Source: Fibrobacteria bacterium
Lineage (GTDB): Bacteria; Fibrobacterota; Fibrobacteria; UBA11236; JADFYW01
Length of the DNA: 64,000 nt
Direction: 5' to 3'
Assembly: GCA_050294405.1 (NCBI GenBank)
Contig: JBNKOC010000012.1
Coordinates: forward strand, 384,001-448,000
Part shown: positions 44,696 through 55,338 of the stretch, piece by piece
Layout of the letters: each line of letters opens with the position of its first letter
How positions within the stretch are numbered: position 1 is the first letter of the stretch
Notes under the pieces: model-generated
Database searches by the model: none
What the model saw: only the letters and a program-made list of their open reading frames with translations
Told to the model about the DNA's origin: nothing
Program-made: the position numbers and the translations under genes

Positions 44696-46114
44696 TTAAA
44701 AAATAGCTGCAATTTTCCCCGAAATTTGGGGGATTAGGCCGAAAAGGACCATTGAGAGGGTTAGAATGAGTAAAGCCCAGCGTTGTACGAAGGAAATTTG
44801 CAAATCTGGCAAGATTTCTTCGCCTGGAGAATTGATATAAGCCTCTTTGAGAACTATCAAATAATAGTAGAGACTGACTGTGGAGTTTAACGCGGCGAAC
44901 ACAACCAAAGCGTAGTGGCCGGATTGGGCGGCAGAGCCAAAAAGGAAAAATTTGCCTGTAAAACCAGCTAAAGGAGGGATACCGGCCAGGCTAAACATGC
45001 AAAGGCTTAAAATGGCGGCTAAAAGAGGACTCTGTTTGCTTAGTCCCCGTAACGATTGGAAGCTTTCCCGCCTTTTTTCGCCAATGATGCTGATAATAAA
45101 AAAAGTGCAGTAATTGGTGATAGCGTAAACCAATAGGTAAAAAACCATGGAGGAGCGTGCCAAACTGTTGTTACCCACAAAGCCCACTAAGATATAGCCT
45201 GCCTGGGCGATGGAGGAATAACCCATAAAGCGTCTAAGCTCTAATTGACGCAATGCGCCTAAATTTCCAACAACCATGGTGAGGCAAGCCAGCACCACAA
45301 AAAGAGGTAAGAGGGGCTCTCTCATGCTAGACAGAGGGCCATAAAACAAAATGATTAAAGCAGACAAACCGGCGGTTTTTGAGGCCACTGATAAAAAGGC
45401 GGTGATGGGAGTGGGGGCTCCTTGATATACATCTGGTGCCCACATGTGAAAGGGTACCAGGGCCATTTTAAACCCAATGGAGGCTACCATAAATATGGCA
45501 CCCGTGGTGAACAGATAGCTTTGCCCGGCATAGGCCTGTAAATTTGAAAACTCCAGCGAACCGGCTGCGCCGTATAAAAAGGAGGCGCCAAAAAGAAATA
45601 CGGCTGTAGAACTGGCCCCCATAAGGATGTATTTACTGGCGGCCTCCGTGGAGCTTTTTTCTTCTTTGTAATATCCCGTTAAGGCATAAAGGGGAATGGT
45701 GGCCAATTCCAAACCGATGAAAAAGGTTAAAAAATCGGAGGCAGATACCAGGGTAAACATGCCAAAAGTGCAAAAGGATAAAATTCCAAAAAATTCTGCG
45801 GGGGATTTTAATTGGCCCCGTAAATTGCCTTTTTCTTCAAAGTAAGTTTTAGATAATAACACCGTAAACATAAGCGCCAGGGCGAACAAAATTTTTAATA
45901 CCAGGCCCTGGCCTGTTAGATGGTAGTGTTGTAAATAGCTTGCGCTTAAGTCCGGAGGCAGACGCAAAAGCAGTAAGATAGAAACCAGGGGCCCCACCCA
46001 GGCCAGGTTAAACAATATGGTCTTGGAGGATGATTTGGGTAAAAACAAATCCAGACCAATAATTAAGAAGCCTAAAAACAGTATTACAAGATCTGGAGCA
46101 ATAGAGGCCAACAT
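44696..46114 (-). CDS. nuoN: NADH-quinone oxidoreductase subunit N
   Basis: EAASKY, FKMALVPFHMWAPDVYQGAPTP, YSSIAQAGY. Confidence 0.95.
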   Translation of the reverse strand: MLASIAPDLVILFLGFLIIGLDLFLPKSSSKTILFNLAWVGPLVSILLLLRLPPDLSASYLQHYHLTGQGLVLKILFALALMFTVLLSKTYFEEKGNLRGQLKSPAEFFGILSFCTFGMFTLVSASDFLTFFIGLELATIPLYALTGYYKEEKSSTEAASKYILMGASSTAVFLFGASFLYGAAGSLEFSNLQAYAGQSYLFTTGAIFMVASIGFKMALVPFHMWAPDVYQGAPTPITAFLSVASKTAGLSALIILFYGPLSSMREPLLPLFVVLACLTMVVGNLGALRQLELRRFMGYSSIAQAGYILVGFVGNNSLARSSMVFYLLVYAITNYCTFFIISIIGEKRRESFQSLRGLSKQSPLLAAILSLCMFSLAGIPPLAGFTGKFFLFGSAAQSGHYALVVFAALNSTVSLYYYLIVLKEAYINSPGEEILPDLQISFVQRWALLILTLSMVLFGLIPQISGKIAAIF

Positions 46115-46116
46115 AG

Positions 46117-47622
46117 TTATCTCATCAGATTGTTAAAAATGGGAGTGATGGAAGGATCCACCATTTTTATTATCCATCCGGGTAAAATTCCCATACCAAA
46201 CAAGCAAATTATTAAAACCACCACTGGGAATCTTTCAATTAAGGTTGCGTCTGTGAGGTCTTTAAATTTTTCGTTCACAGGACCGTTTAACATTTTGTTT
46301 GCGGCCCGCAATACGTAAACTGCGGTCACTACAATGGAACTTACCGCCAATACCGTGCACACACGGTTTAGCAGGGATTCATTTGCAAAGGCTCCAATAA
46401 AAATGGTAGCCTCTGCCACAAAGCCGCTAAGGCTGGGAAGTCCCAAACCGGCAAGACCCGCAATCACAAAGGCCACCGATAAAAAGGGCATAATCTTCAT
46501 GAGCCCTCCCATGGAGGCGATTTCCCTGGTATGGGTTCTGCCATAAATCATTCCAATAAGGCAGAAGAATAGGGCCGTCATAAGTCCGTGAGAAACCATT
46601 TGCAATACGGCTCCCTTAATACCGATATAACTCAAGGCGGCAAAACCAAATAATACGAACCCGCAGTGAGAAACGGAGGAATAGGCGGTAATGTATTTTA
46701 AATCCGTTTGTTTAATAGCTCCATAGGCTCCATAGACCACATTTATGGTAACGAGTATTAAAAACAGGGGCATCCATTGCTGGCAGCCTTCGGGTAGTAA
46801 ATACATGGCAACTCTAAGGCAGCCATAGCCGCCCAATTTCATTAGAACGCCGGCGTGAAGCATGGAAACAGCGGTGGGGGCTGCGGCATGTCCATCGGGA
46901 GACCAAGTGTGAAAGGGGTAAAGGGCGCCTAAAACGCCAAAGCCAATAAAGGTGGCGGGAAAGGCCCAGGCCTGAAATTCTTTGCTGAATTTAACCTGGG
47001 ATAACTCGATAATGTTAAAGCTCTGAATGCCAGATGCGAAATATAAACCTAAAATACCGGCAAAAATCAGTGCGGAGCCCGCAACCAGCATCAGAGTTAA
47101 TTTCATGGCGGAATATTCTTTTCGGCCTGTTCCCCAAACTCCAATTAGCAAATACATGGGAAGTACTGCCACTTCATAGAAAAGGAAAAAGGTAAAGAGG
47201 TCAAAGGAGATAAATACTCCGTATACGCCGGATACCAATACATTCAGCAATACAAAAAATTCTTTGGCCTGGCTGGTGACTCCCCAGGAAGCAAATACGC
47301 CGCAAAAAATCACAATAGCCGTTAATAACATCATTATCATGGAAATGCCGTCTACACCAATGGCGTATTCAATGTTCATGATTTGGAACCATTGGTAAGT
47401 ATGGGCGAATTGCAGCGCGGTTTTGGTTCCGGTTACCGCTTCTGTAGTAGTCAGTTGGAAAAAGCGAATAGTAAGGCCGATAATAAGTATTAAATTAATT
47501 CCCGAAACCACCGCAGCAATTTTTTTTATCAGCATATGCTTGCTGTTGGGAATGGCAGATATAACCAGGGCTAAAATAGCCGGGATAATCCAGGTTGCGG
47601 TGAGAAGGTAAGAGCCGTTCAT
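46117..47622 (-). CDS. nuoM: NADH-quinone oxidoreductase subunit M
   Basis: GVDGIS, FFLFYE, PFHTWSPDGH, LMKLGGYG, AYSSVSH. Confidence 0.95.
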   Translation of the reverse strand: MNGSYLLTATWIIPAILALVISAIPNSKHMLIKKIAAVVSGINLILIIGLTIRFFQLTTTEAVTGTKTALQFAHTYQWFQIMNIEYAIGVDGISMIMMLLTAIVIFCGVFASWGVTSQAKEFFVLLNVLVSGVYGVFISFDLFTFFLFYEVAVLPMYLLIGVWGTGRKEYSAMKLTLMLVAGSALIFAGILGLYFASGIQSFNIIELSQVKFSKEFQAWAFPATFIGFGVLGALYPFHTWSPDGHAAAPTAVSMLHAGVLMKLGGYGCLRVAMYLLPEGCQQWMPLFLILVTINVVYGAYGAIKQTDLKYITAYSSVSHCGFVLFGFAALSYIGIKGAVLQMVSHGLMTALFFCLIGMIYGRTHTREIASMGGLMKIMPFLSVAFVIAGLAGLGLPSLSGFVAEATIFIGAFANESLLNRVCTVLAVSSIVVTAVYVLRAANKMLNGPVNEKFKDLTDATLIERFPVVVLIICLFGMGILPGWIIKMVDPSITPIFNNLMR

Positions 47623-49604
47623 CCCACAAACCTCCCGATGTAATATATAAAGACAAGTCCAAGTATCATTATGGATAGGTAAAATTGAAGTTGGCCGATT
47701 TGCAACAAGCGTACAATAATTCCTAAAATGTCTAAAATTTTAGCTGTTAAATTCATCGCACCATCCACAATGTTTCTATCAAACCATTTGATGGGTCCGG
47801 CCACAAATTTGAAAATAATTTTGTGGGTCACAAAGAGATATACTTCGTCGATGTAAAACTTGTTTTGGACCGTAGTGTAGAGTCCGCCCATGCTTTTTCT
47901 AAGGCCGTTGGCCAGGGCCATTTTTTCTGATTTGCCATACATTAGGATAGCTACCAAAACTCCTATTGCTCCCAAGCTGCCTGCTAAAATGGGCAACCAA
48001 ATGGGATGGGCAAAATGAGTTTCGGGAATGTTCATGGCAGGAAGCACCGAGCCGGTAAATAATTTTTTAAAGGCAATACCAGCAATAATGCTGGGGATAG
48101 TGAGAATAACAATGGGGCTGGTCATCCATTTGTCTTCATGTATATGATGGTATTCGCTTCTGGCTTTGCCGTGGAAGGTCAAAATAAATAGTCGGAACAT
48201 ATAAAAAGCAGTAAGGCCTCCAACAGCTAATCCTACAATGGCTGTTAAATAATGCCCAGATTGTAAAGAAGCCAGAATAATTTCGTCCTTTGAGAAAAAG
48301 CCCGCAAAGGGAGGTATACCCGCAATGGCCAAGCAGGCAATCAAGGCTGAAAAGTAAGTAAAAGGCATCTTTTTGCGAAGGCCACCCATTTTCCAGATAT
48401 CGTTGCTGTGAACCACATGAATAACCTGGCCTGCCATTAAAAATAGCATGCACTTGAAAAAAGCATGGGTGAATATGTGAAACATGGAAGCCGAATAACC
48501 AAGAATATTTACATCTACTCCGTGATGGGCATGGGCCAGTTTCGCAGTTCCCAGGGAGAACAACATGTATCCCAATTGGGATAAAGTTGAAAAAGCTAGA
48601 ATTCGTTTAATGTCCGTCTGAGTACAGGCGATAACCGCGGCAAATAGAGCGGTAAAAGCTCCAATAACTTCAATAATATGAAGGGTCATTTCCGAAGCCG
48701 CAAATAAGGGGAACATTCTTGCGGTGAGAAAAACGCCAGCTACCACCATGGTGGCCGAGTGGATAATAGAAGAAACAGGGGTGGGGCCTTCCATGGCATC
48801 TGGAAGCCAAATATGAAGGGGGAACATGGCGGACTTTCCCCAACCGCCGGTAAAAATCAAAAGAGTGGCCAGAGTTAAGAGGTTTACGCTAAAAAATCCA
48901 AAAGAAACGGTTCCCTTTAAGGCCGCAAAATTTTCAGGGTTGTTTAGATCCAAAAAATTAAGGGACTTTGTGTAGTAGCTGACAATTATAATTCCCATTA
49001 AGAAAAAGGCATCGGCAAAACGAGTCACAATAAAGGCTTTTTTGGAAGCGGCCACAGCGGAGGGCTTGGTGTACCAAAAGCCAATTAGCAAATAGGAAGA
49101 AACACCCACCAATTCCCAAAACACGAACATTTGGAAAATGTTGGGGGCAACGACAAGGCCTAACATGGAAAATACGAAAAGAGAAAGAAGCGCAAAAAAC
49201 CTTCCTGCGCTGGGGTCTTCTTTCATGTATCCCACAGAATAAATATTAACCAGAAGGGCAATGGAACAAATAACCACCAGCATCATCACAGATATGGGGT
49301 CTAAATACATTCCAATACTGGCTGCTAAATCATAACCTCCAAAAAGTGCACTGTTAAACTGAAGCCAGTTGTATTCCCAGGCTATGACAGTTTGGTGAGG
49401 GAATTCCGCGCTGTTCCCTAAGACGTTGGAAGCATAGGCAGATACAACACCCGCCGTAAAGACCAAAGCCAGCCCGACACAAACAATGGCAAAGCCTGCT
49501 GCTGCTTTCCAGTTTTTACGGCCAAGGTATAGGCCGTTTACCACAAATGATAAAAGTGGCAATGCCAGTATGGTATAGGAATGATTTACAAAAAAGTTAT
49601 CCAT
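47619..49604 (-). CDS. nuoL: NADH-quinone oxidoreductase subunit L
   Basis: WELVGVSSYLLIGF, KSAMFPLHIWLPDAMEGPTPVS, HAFFKCMLF. Confidence 0.96.
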   Translation of the reverse strand: MDNFFVNHSYTILALPLLSFVVNGLYLGRKNWKAAAGFAIVCVGLALVFTAGVVSAYASNVLGNSAEFPHQTVIAWEYNWLQFNSALFGGYDLAASIGMYLDPISVMMLVVICSIALLVNIYSVGYMKEDPSAGRFFALLSLFVFSMLGLVVAPNIFQMFVFWELVGVSSYLLIGFWYTKPSAVAASKKAFIVTRFADAFFLMGIIIVSYYTKSLNFLDLNNPENFAALKGTVSFGFFSVNLLTLATLLIFTGGWGKSAMFPLHIWLPDAMEGPTPVSSIIHSATMVVAGVFLTARMFPLFAASEMTLHIIEVIGAFTALFAAVIACTQTDIKRILAFSTLSQLGYMLFSLGTAKLAHAHHGVDVNILGYSASMFHIFTHAFFKCMLFLMAGQVIHVVHSNDIWKMGGLRKKMPFTYFSALIACLAIAGIPPFAGFFSKDEIILASLQSGHYLTAIVGLAVGGLTAFYMFRLFILTFHGKARSEYHHIHEDKWMTSPIVILTIPSIIAGIAFKKLFTGSVLPAMNIPETHFAHPIWLPILAGSLGAIGVLVAILMYGKSEKMALANGLRKSMGGLYTTVQNKFYIDEVYLFVTHKIIFKFVAGPIKWFDRNIVDGAMNLTAKILDILGIIVRLLQIGQLQFYLSIMILGLVFIYYIGRFVG

Positions 49605-49902
49605 TCAATTTATCCAATTCCCTGATGTCCAGGTTTTTATGCTTGCGATACATAGCCACGGCAATAGCCAGGGCCACAGACATTTCGCATGCAGAAACGG
49701 CAATAATAAAAATGGAAAAAACGGAACCCGCTGTGGAATCGCCTCCGCCAAAATAGGCAAAGGCCACAAAATTGATTATGGAAGCATTGATCATAATTTC
49801 AATGCTCATTAAAACGGCAATAAAATTCCGTCGGGTTAGGATACCGTAAACGCCAATGCTAAATAAAATACCGGACAGAACTAAACAATTTCCCAGAGTC
49901 AT
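49597..49902 (-). CDS. nuoK: NADH-quinone oxidoreductase subunit K
   Basis: GILTRRN..LMSIEIMIN, AVSACE..ALA. Confidence 0.95.
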   Translation of the reverse strand: MTLGNCLVLSGILFSIGVYGILTRRNFIAVLMSIEIMINASIINFVAFAYFGGGDSTAGSVFSIFIIAVSACEMSVALAIAVAMYRKHKNLDIRELDKLNG

Positions 49903-50426
49903 TTTTCGGATGCCTCCTGGTTTTCGCTGGATTTTCTGGCTGTTACAATAGCACCCACCACTGCAGCTATTAGCAATACGGAAATAATTTCAAAGGGAAC
50001 GATAAATCCGTCTTTGCCGATGCTCATTAAACGGATGCCCACTTGGGTTAAAGATCCCGCATTAGCATCAGCAGGAGTTCCAGCGGGCAAAGGCGGGCAA
50101 GTGGCAAAATAAAATATGCCAAAGAACACCAGGGCGCTCAGTGCTAAGCTCAAACCCTTGGTTATCTTACCGGAAGATAAAAAACGTTCTCCCAACTGAG
50201 TGGTCAGCAATATGGCAAATACAATAAAAATTACTACGCCTCCAATGTATACCATAACCTGAGCCATTGCCACAAATTCGGCTTTAAGCAATATGTAAAG
50301 CCCCGCAGTGGAGGCAAATGAGGCGATTAGGGCCAGGGCTGCGTGCAATAAATTGGGGAGGCTTACTACCAATATGGAAAAAAGAACAATACCTGCAGCA
50401 AGTAGGTAGAAAAGGCTGTCTGCCAT
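49899..50426 (-). CDS. nuoJ: NADH-quinone oxidoreductase subunit J
   Basis: AEFVAMAQVMVYIGGV, PFEIISVLL. Start placed at MADSL (TAATG overlap with nuoI) rather than 50486. Confidence 0.93.
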   Translation of the reverse strand: MADSLFYLLAAGIVLFSILVVSLPNLLHAALALIASFASTAGLYILLKAEFVAMAQVMVYIGGVVIFIVFAILLTTQLGERFLSSGKITKGLSLALSALVFFGIFYFATCPPLPAGTPADANAGSLTQVGIRLMSIGKDGFIVPFEIISVLLIAAVVGAIVTARKSSENQEASEK

Positions 50427-50926
50427 TAACGGCCTTCCTTTTTGTTTAATTTTAAATCCAGAGGCTTTCTGGAAAAATCGGCCCATTCAAAATCATGGCC
50501 CATATCAATGGCGCCAAAGGGGCAGGCTTCCACGCATAAGTTGCATAGAGTGCATTGGGAAAGTCTGTATATGAACTCACCTAATACCTTTTTGCCTTTT
50601 TCGTTTTTAGTATTGTGTATGGAAATAGTGCCATTGGGGCAGGCTTTTTCGCAAATTTTACAGCCTGTGCAATTGTGATCTTCATTTTCATCGTGGGGCA
50701 TAATAACATGTCCACGGAAGCGATTGGCCATTTTTAAGCTTTCCCTGTTTTCGGGGTATTGCTGGGTGACCACTTTTTTGGGATTGATTAAGTAGCTAAA
50801 GGTAATACCCATACCCGTTAACAAAGACTTTAAGCCTCCGAATACTTTTTTAAAATAGGGTGTAGGTTTAGGCATAAGCACCAAGGGTGTTTTTTGGGCT
50901 GCAGCTTGTTTCAAATCACCTTCCAT
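50426..50926 (-). CDS. nuoI: NADH-quinone oxidoreductase subunit I
   Basis: TQQYPE, RFRG, CTGCKICEKACP and CTLCNLCVEACP. Confidence 0.95.
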   Translation of the reverse strand: MEGDLKQAAAQKTPLVLMPKPTPYFKKVFGGLKSLLTGMGITFSYLINPKKVVTQQYPENRESLKMANRFRGHVIMPHDENEDHNCTGCKICEKACPNGTISIHNTKNEKGKKVLGEFIYRLSQCTLCNLCVEACPFGAIDMGHDFEWADFSRKPLDLKLNKKEGR

Positions 50927-50949
50927 TTACTATTCCCAATTTTTCCTTT

Positions 50950-52053
50950 TTATGGAATCAACCAATTGAGGCTGATTAATATGGCTCCCAGGGAAAGGTT
51001 TCCCAGAGTAGCAGGCAATAAAAATTTCCATTCAAAAATCATCAGCTGGTCTACCCTAAGTCTGGGGAAGGTCCAGCGAAACCACATAAATAAGAAAACC
51101 ACAAAATAGGCCTTTAGCATAAACCAGATATAACCCGGCACCATGTTTAAAATATTGTCCACTGCAGCGATGCCAATATTAGGCGCTAAAAATCCACCCA
51201 GAAAAAAAGTAGCTGTTAACCCACCAGCTACAAACATGTTGATAAATTCCGCAAGAAAAAACATGGAAAAGGTAATGCCTGAATATTCCGTGTGAAATCC
51301 GGCTGTAAGTTCGGATTCGGCTTCGGACATATCAAAAGGGCCTCGATTGAGTTCAGCGGTACCGGAAATAATAAAAAGCACGAATCCCAGAACTCCCACA
51401 AAGGGGGCTTTGATAATCCACCAGTCTAAAATGGTTCCCTGTTGGCTCAATACAATTTCTCTTAAGGAAGCTGTTCCACTTAGCAAAACAATAAGCAACA
51501 TGCCTAAAGCAATGGAAACCTCATAGCTAATCATTTGGGCTCCAGTACGTAGAGAACCCAAAAGAGCCCATTTAGAGTTGGAAGCCCAGCCTCCGATTAA
51601 AAATCCAAAAATTCCCAGGCCGGAAACAGCAATCACATAAAGAACTCCTGCCTTCAAATCCGTAAATTGCAAATGGTGGTCAAAGGGCATCACCGCCAGG
51701 ATTAAAAAGGTACCGGTCATGGGCAAAAGGGGAGCCAAATAAAATCCAAAAGCATCGCTGCCTTTGGGTCGGAGCCCTTCTTTTAATAACAATTTGACAG
51801 CGTCAGCAATGGTTTGCAAAGCGCCGTGCCAGCCCACACGCATAGGACCAACTCTGGCCTGGAAATGGGCGCATACTTTTCGCTCCAGCCAAATAAGAAA
51901 AAAGGCGCTTAAGGATACAAAAGTAATTAACCCCAATACACCAGCTACATAAGGCATTATTTGTTGCAAAGGCCCTTGCGGCATTACACTTCGGATAAAA
52001 TCGCCTATGGCGTTTGTTTCCGGATATAGTTTTTGCAATTCAGCTGGGTTCAT
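50950..52053 (-). CDS. nuoH: NADH-quinone oxidoreductase subunit H
   Basis: WLERK..Q.RVGP, ADAVKLLLKE, AQMISYE, NRGPFDMSEAESEL, PRLRVDQLM. Confidence 0.96.
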   Translation of the reverse strand: MNPAELQKLYPETNAIGDFIRSVMPQGPLQQIMPYVAGVLGLITFVSLSAFFLIWLERKVCAHFQARVGPMRVGWHGALQTIADAVKLLLKEGLRPKGSDAFGFYLAPLLPMTGTFLILAVMPFDHHLQFTDLKAGVLYVIAVSGLGIFGFLIGGWASNSKWALLGSLRTGAQMISYEVSIALGMLLIVLLSGTASLREIVLSQQGTILDWWIIKAPFVGVLGFVLFIISGTAELNRGPFDMSEAESELTAGFHTEYSGITFSMFFLAEFINMFVAGGLTATFFLGGFLAPNIGIAAVDNILNMVPGYIWFMLKAYFVVFLFMWFRWTFPRLRVDQLMIFEWKFLLPATLGNLSLGAILISLNWLIP

Positions 52054-52056
52054 TTG

Positions 52057-53208
52057 CTACCTGTCGATATCGGGAATAACCAAATCAATAGTGGATAAAA
52101 TGGCGACCAGATCTCCAATTTTTAAGCCCACGGACATTTCATTGATGGCGTGTAGGTTGGAAAAATTAGGAGAGCGTGTTTTCACCCTATAGGGTTTGTC
52201 GCCTTTGCCGCTGGATACAAAATAAGTTCCGAATATGCCCCGAGCCGTTTCTACCTGGCTATATACACTTCCTTTGGGAAGTCTGAAGCTGGCTTTGGGT
52301 TTGCTGCGGTAGGGACCTTCCGGAAAACGGGCACAGGCCTGTTCCAAAATTTTAAGGGATTGAGCCATCTCTTCCATACGAACCGTGTACCTGTCAAAAC
52401 AGTCTCCCACCTTTCCAAGTGGCACATCAAAGTCAAAGCTGGAATATATGGAGTAAGGGTCGTTTTTACGGACATCGTAATTGACCCCGGAACCTCTGGC
52501 AGTAGGGCCGGAACAGCCATAAGAAATGGCTTTTTCTTTGGTGAGAATGCCGATTCCCTTGGTTCTCTCTTGTAAAATGATATTGCCTGTTAGCAAACGG
52601 TTCATTTCGTCCAGGGAGCGTTTCATATGCTCAATGATTTTCTTTACCTGGGGAATAAAGCCTTCGTGTACGTCGGCGTAACTTCCTCCAGGGCGAAAAA
52701 AGTTCATGGTGAGGCGGGCGCCACATAATTCTTCAAAGAGCTCGGTAATAAGCTCCCTGTCTTTGAAGCCATATAAAAATGCGGTTATTGCGCCTAAATC
52801 CATTCCCATAACACCCCACCACAATAAGTGGGATTGAATGCGCTGTAATTCGCTCACCATTACCCGGATATATTCGGCTCTTTCAGGAACTCCAATTCCC
52901 ATACCTTTTTCTATGGCCAGGCACACTCCCAGATTATTGATATGGCTGGAGAGATAATCCATTCTATCGGTTAGGTGGATGTATTGCACGTAAGATTCTG
53001 TTTCGCCCATTTTTTCAATGGACCGATGGATATAACCCAAATGGGGAACCACTTCTCGAATAATTTCTCCGTCCAACCTCACTACTAACCTTAAAACACC
53101 GTGGGTACTGGGGTGCTGTGGCCCCATATTCAAATAATATTCTTCAGTGCTTTCCTTATTTTCGGCGACGTGAAATCCAGGTTGTGTTTTAAGAGGGGTT
53201 AATTCCAT
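52057..53208 (-). CDS. nuoD: NADH-quinone oxidoreductase subunit D
   Basis: NMGPQHPSTHGVLRL, GYIHRSIEK, DRMDY; C-terminal DIDR without NiFe Cys motifs. Confidence 0.95.
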   Translation of the reverse strand: MELTPLKTQPGFHVAENKESTEEYYLNMGPQHPSTHGVLRLVVRLDGEIIREVVPHLGYIHRSIEKMGETESYVQYIHLTDRMDYLSSHINNLGVCLAIEKGMGIGVPERAEYIRVMVSELQRIQSHLLWWGVMGMDLGAITAFLYGFKDRELITELFEELCGARLTMNFFRPGGSYADVHEGFIPQVKKIIEHMKRSLDEMNRLLTGNIILQERTKGIGILTKEKAISYGCSGPTARGSGVNYDVRKNDPYSIYSSFDFDVPLGKVGDCFDRYTVRMEEMAQSLKILEQACARFPEGPYRSKPKASFRLPKGSVYSQVETARGIFGTYFVSSGKGDKPYRVKTRSPNFSNLHAINEMSVGLKIGDLVAILSTIDLVIPDIDR

Positions 53209-53209
53209 A

Positions 53210-54442
53210 TTAATAGGGCCTCTTTACAACTCGTGTAGGGTCTTCCCAATCTTTGCGAAGGGGGAAACCCTCGATGGGCTTCTCCAACTCGTCCAGAAAA
53301 ATGCGGCGCATATCGGGATGGTTGGTAAATTTTATTCCAAAAAAATCGTAAACTTCTCTCTCGTGCCAGTTAGCTCCTATGTATATGGCGCAAAGGCTTT
53401 CTATTTCGGGGTTTTCCCTGTCAGAAAGGCTGGCGTGAAAAGAAATTTTGTGGCCCAGTTCTGTGGAAAGCAAATGTACCACCACATCCATGTATTCCAC
53501 ATAATCCACGGCGGTGATAAAAGTGAGGAAGTCCATTTTTAATTTGGAATGGGACTTTAAAAAATTAGCAAAGGCCACATATTCTTCTTTTTCAACTACA
53601 AAGTCCAAAATGTAATCTGGGCCTAATTTTTCCAGGGATTCCTGGCTGATTTCTTCGAGATCTGCAATTTTAATATTGGGGAATTTTTCGGCAACCAATT
53701 GGTATATTTCCCAATTGGAAAGCCCGATTTGCAGAGGAGCCGGCCTTTCTACATCAGAAAAACTCTCTACTTCCTTCCGTTGGTAAGTGTGTCCCTTGTA
53801 TTTAGGGTTTTCTTCCGCGAATTTTTTCTGCGCTTCTTTAATCTGCTCTTGTTTGTCCGCTTCCAATACATCCCAGGCATTTGCCGCATCGCTGTGCAAA
53901 TCGCTAATACCTTCCGGATAAATGGGATTGGGTTTACGGGGTACCCGGATAGTTTCTTTTTTTATCAGCTCTTGCAATTGAAGTATGCCGTAAAGCAAAG
54001 CCTCAGGTCGGGGAGGGCAGCCGGGAATATATACATCAACGGGAATGATTCTATCAGCCCCTTTTACGGCGGCGTAACTGTCGTAATAAAAAGGCCCGCC
54101 GGAAATAGTGCAAGCCCCCATGGCAATAACATATTTAGGGCTTGCCATTTGTTCGTATAAAGTTTTTAGGCGGGGAGCCATTTTTTCCACAATGGTTCCG
54201 GCAAGGATAATGACATCGGCCTGCCTGGGTGTGGCCCTTGCCACTTCAGCACCAAAGCGGGACCAATCGTGTTTGGAGGCGCCTGTGGCCATCATTTCAA
54301 TGGCGCAGCAAGAGGTTCCATAAACCAAAGGCCAAAGGGAATTGGCTCTGGCCCAATTCACCACAAAGTCAACGGCATTGGTTAAGTTCTTTCCAGCTGG
54401 CATCGCATCCAGAAGGCTAGGTAATTTGTTGAGTGCAGACAT
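53210..54442 (-). CDS. nuoBC: Fused NADH-quinone oxidoreductase subunit B/C
   Basis: N-terminal [20 protein letters not shown] (NuoB); C-terminal [30 protein letters not shown] (NuoC); one continuous ORF. Confidence 0.92.
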   Translation of the reverse strand: MSALNKLPSLLDAMPAGKNLTNAVDFVVNWARANSLWPLVYGTSCCAIEMMATGASKHDWSRFGAEVARATPRQADVIILAGTIVEKMAPRLKTLYEQMASPKYVIAMGACTISGGPFYYDSYAAVKGADRIIPVDVYIPGCPPRPEALLYGILQLQELIKKETIRVPRKPNPIYPEGISDLHSDAANAWDVLEADKQEQIKEAQKKFAEENPKYKGHTYQRKEVESFSDVERPAPLQIGLSNWEIYQLVAEKFPNIKIADLEEISQESLEKLGPDYILDFVVEKEEYVAFANFLKSHSKLKMDFLTFITAVDYVEYMDVVVHLLSTELGHKISFHASLSDRENPEIESLCAIYIGANWHEREVYDFFGIKFTNHPDMRRIFLDELEKPIEGFPLRKDWEDPTRVVKRPY

Positions 54443-54448
54443 TTTTAT

Positions 54449-54832
54449 TTACTCCCACTCCAATACTTTTTTCTTCCAGGCGTACAAAAGTCCAAAAACA
54501 AGAATAGAAACAAAAACAAATATTTCCACCAGCAAAACCCAGGTTTGGATACCGGGAATTTGGCCTTGGGTTGCCGCTCGAAAAATTGCCGCGCAGGGAA
54601 ATAAAAACAGGGATTCCACATCAAAAATTAAAAACAAAAGGGCAAATAAATAATAACCAACCTTAAATTGAATGCGGGCGCTGCCTATGGCTTCTTCACC
54701 GCATTCGTAAGGCTCGTGCTTTTTTTGTGTATCGGGAGAGCGAAAAGATACAATAAGGGAAGTAACCATACCTCCACCAACAAATATGGTACCCAGGAAG
54801 ACAAAAAAGCCTATAATTCCGTATTCACCCAT
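54449..54832 (-). CDS. nuoA: NADH-quinone oxidoreductase subunit A
   Basis: PYECGE, YYLFALLFLIFDVE, YAWKK.VLEW. Confidence 0.96.
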   Translation of the reverse strand: MGEYGIIGFFVFLGTIFVGGGMVTSLIVSFRSPDTQKKHEPYECGEEAIGSARIQFKVGYYLFALLFLIFDVESLFLFPCAAIFRAATQGQIPGIQTWVLLVEIFVFVSILVFGLLYAWKKKVLEWE

Positions 54833-54922
54833 GCTCTCCCCAGAAGTTAATTTTTATTTGAGGGAATTGTCTAAAAAAATTTGGAGATTCAAAATTCTTT
54901 ATGGATTTTATGGTTGAGGAAA

Positions 54923-55318
54923 ATGGAATTTAACATTGAAAAATTAATCTCCATGCAAAATGGCGAAAATCTTGGTACCCAGCAAAAAATTTTATTGACG
55001 GAATTGACAGAATTTTTTTTGGAAAGAGATCTTGCCCATAAAAAAGACCCAAAAATAATTGAACAATTTCTTACTCCCTTTCTACTAATAAACATACCAA
55101 GGGATGCTGTAAAAGAAATTTGCTTAAAAATTCCTAGGGATTTTTTTTGGGATCATCGCGAAATGTATTTTGATTTTCGTCTGGCGCGTTGGATAAAGCA
55201 TGTGGAGCCATCCAGTCTAAAAGAATGTATGGAAGAGTATTGGGAAAATTCGGAATCGCCCCTGGATGCTTTAAAATATTTTCGAGGTTTAATCCGGGAT
55301 TTTAGTTCCCGCATTTAA
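54923..55318 (+). CDS. Hypothetical protein
   Basis: ATG 54923 after GAGG (ORF track 54881); no recognised motif. Confidence 0.55.
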   Translation: MEFNIEKLISMQNGENLGTQQKILLTELTEFFLERDLAHKKDPKIIEQFLTPFLLINIPRDAVKEICLKIPRDFFWDHREMYFDFRLARWIKHVEPSSLKECMEEYWENSESPLDALKYFRGLIRDFSSRI

Positions 55319-55338
55319 AAAGTAAAAACCCAGGAGGG

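Noticed and set aside
52057..54442. Group 4 NiFe hydrogenase
   Set aside because: The NuoD-like subunit lacks the CxxC Ni-binding motifs and ends in DIDR.
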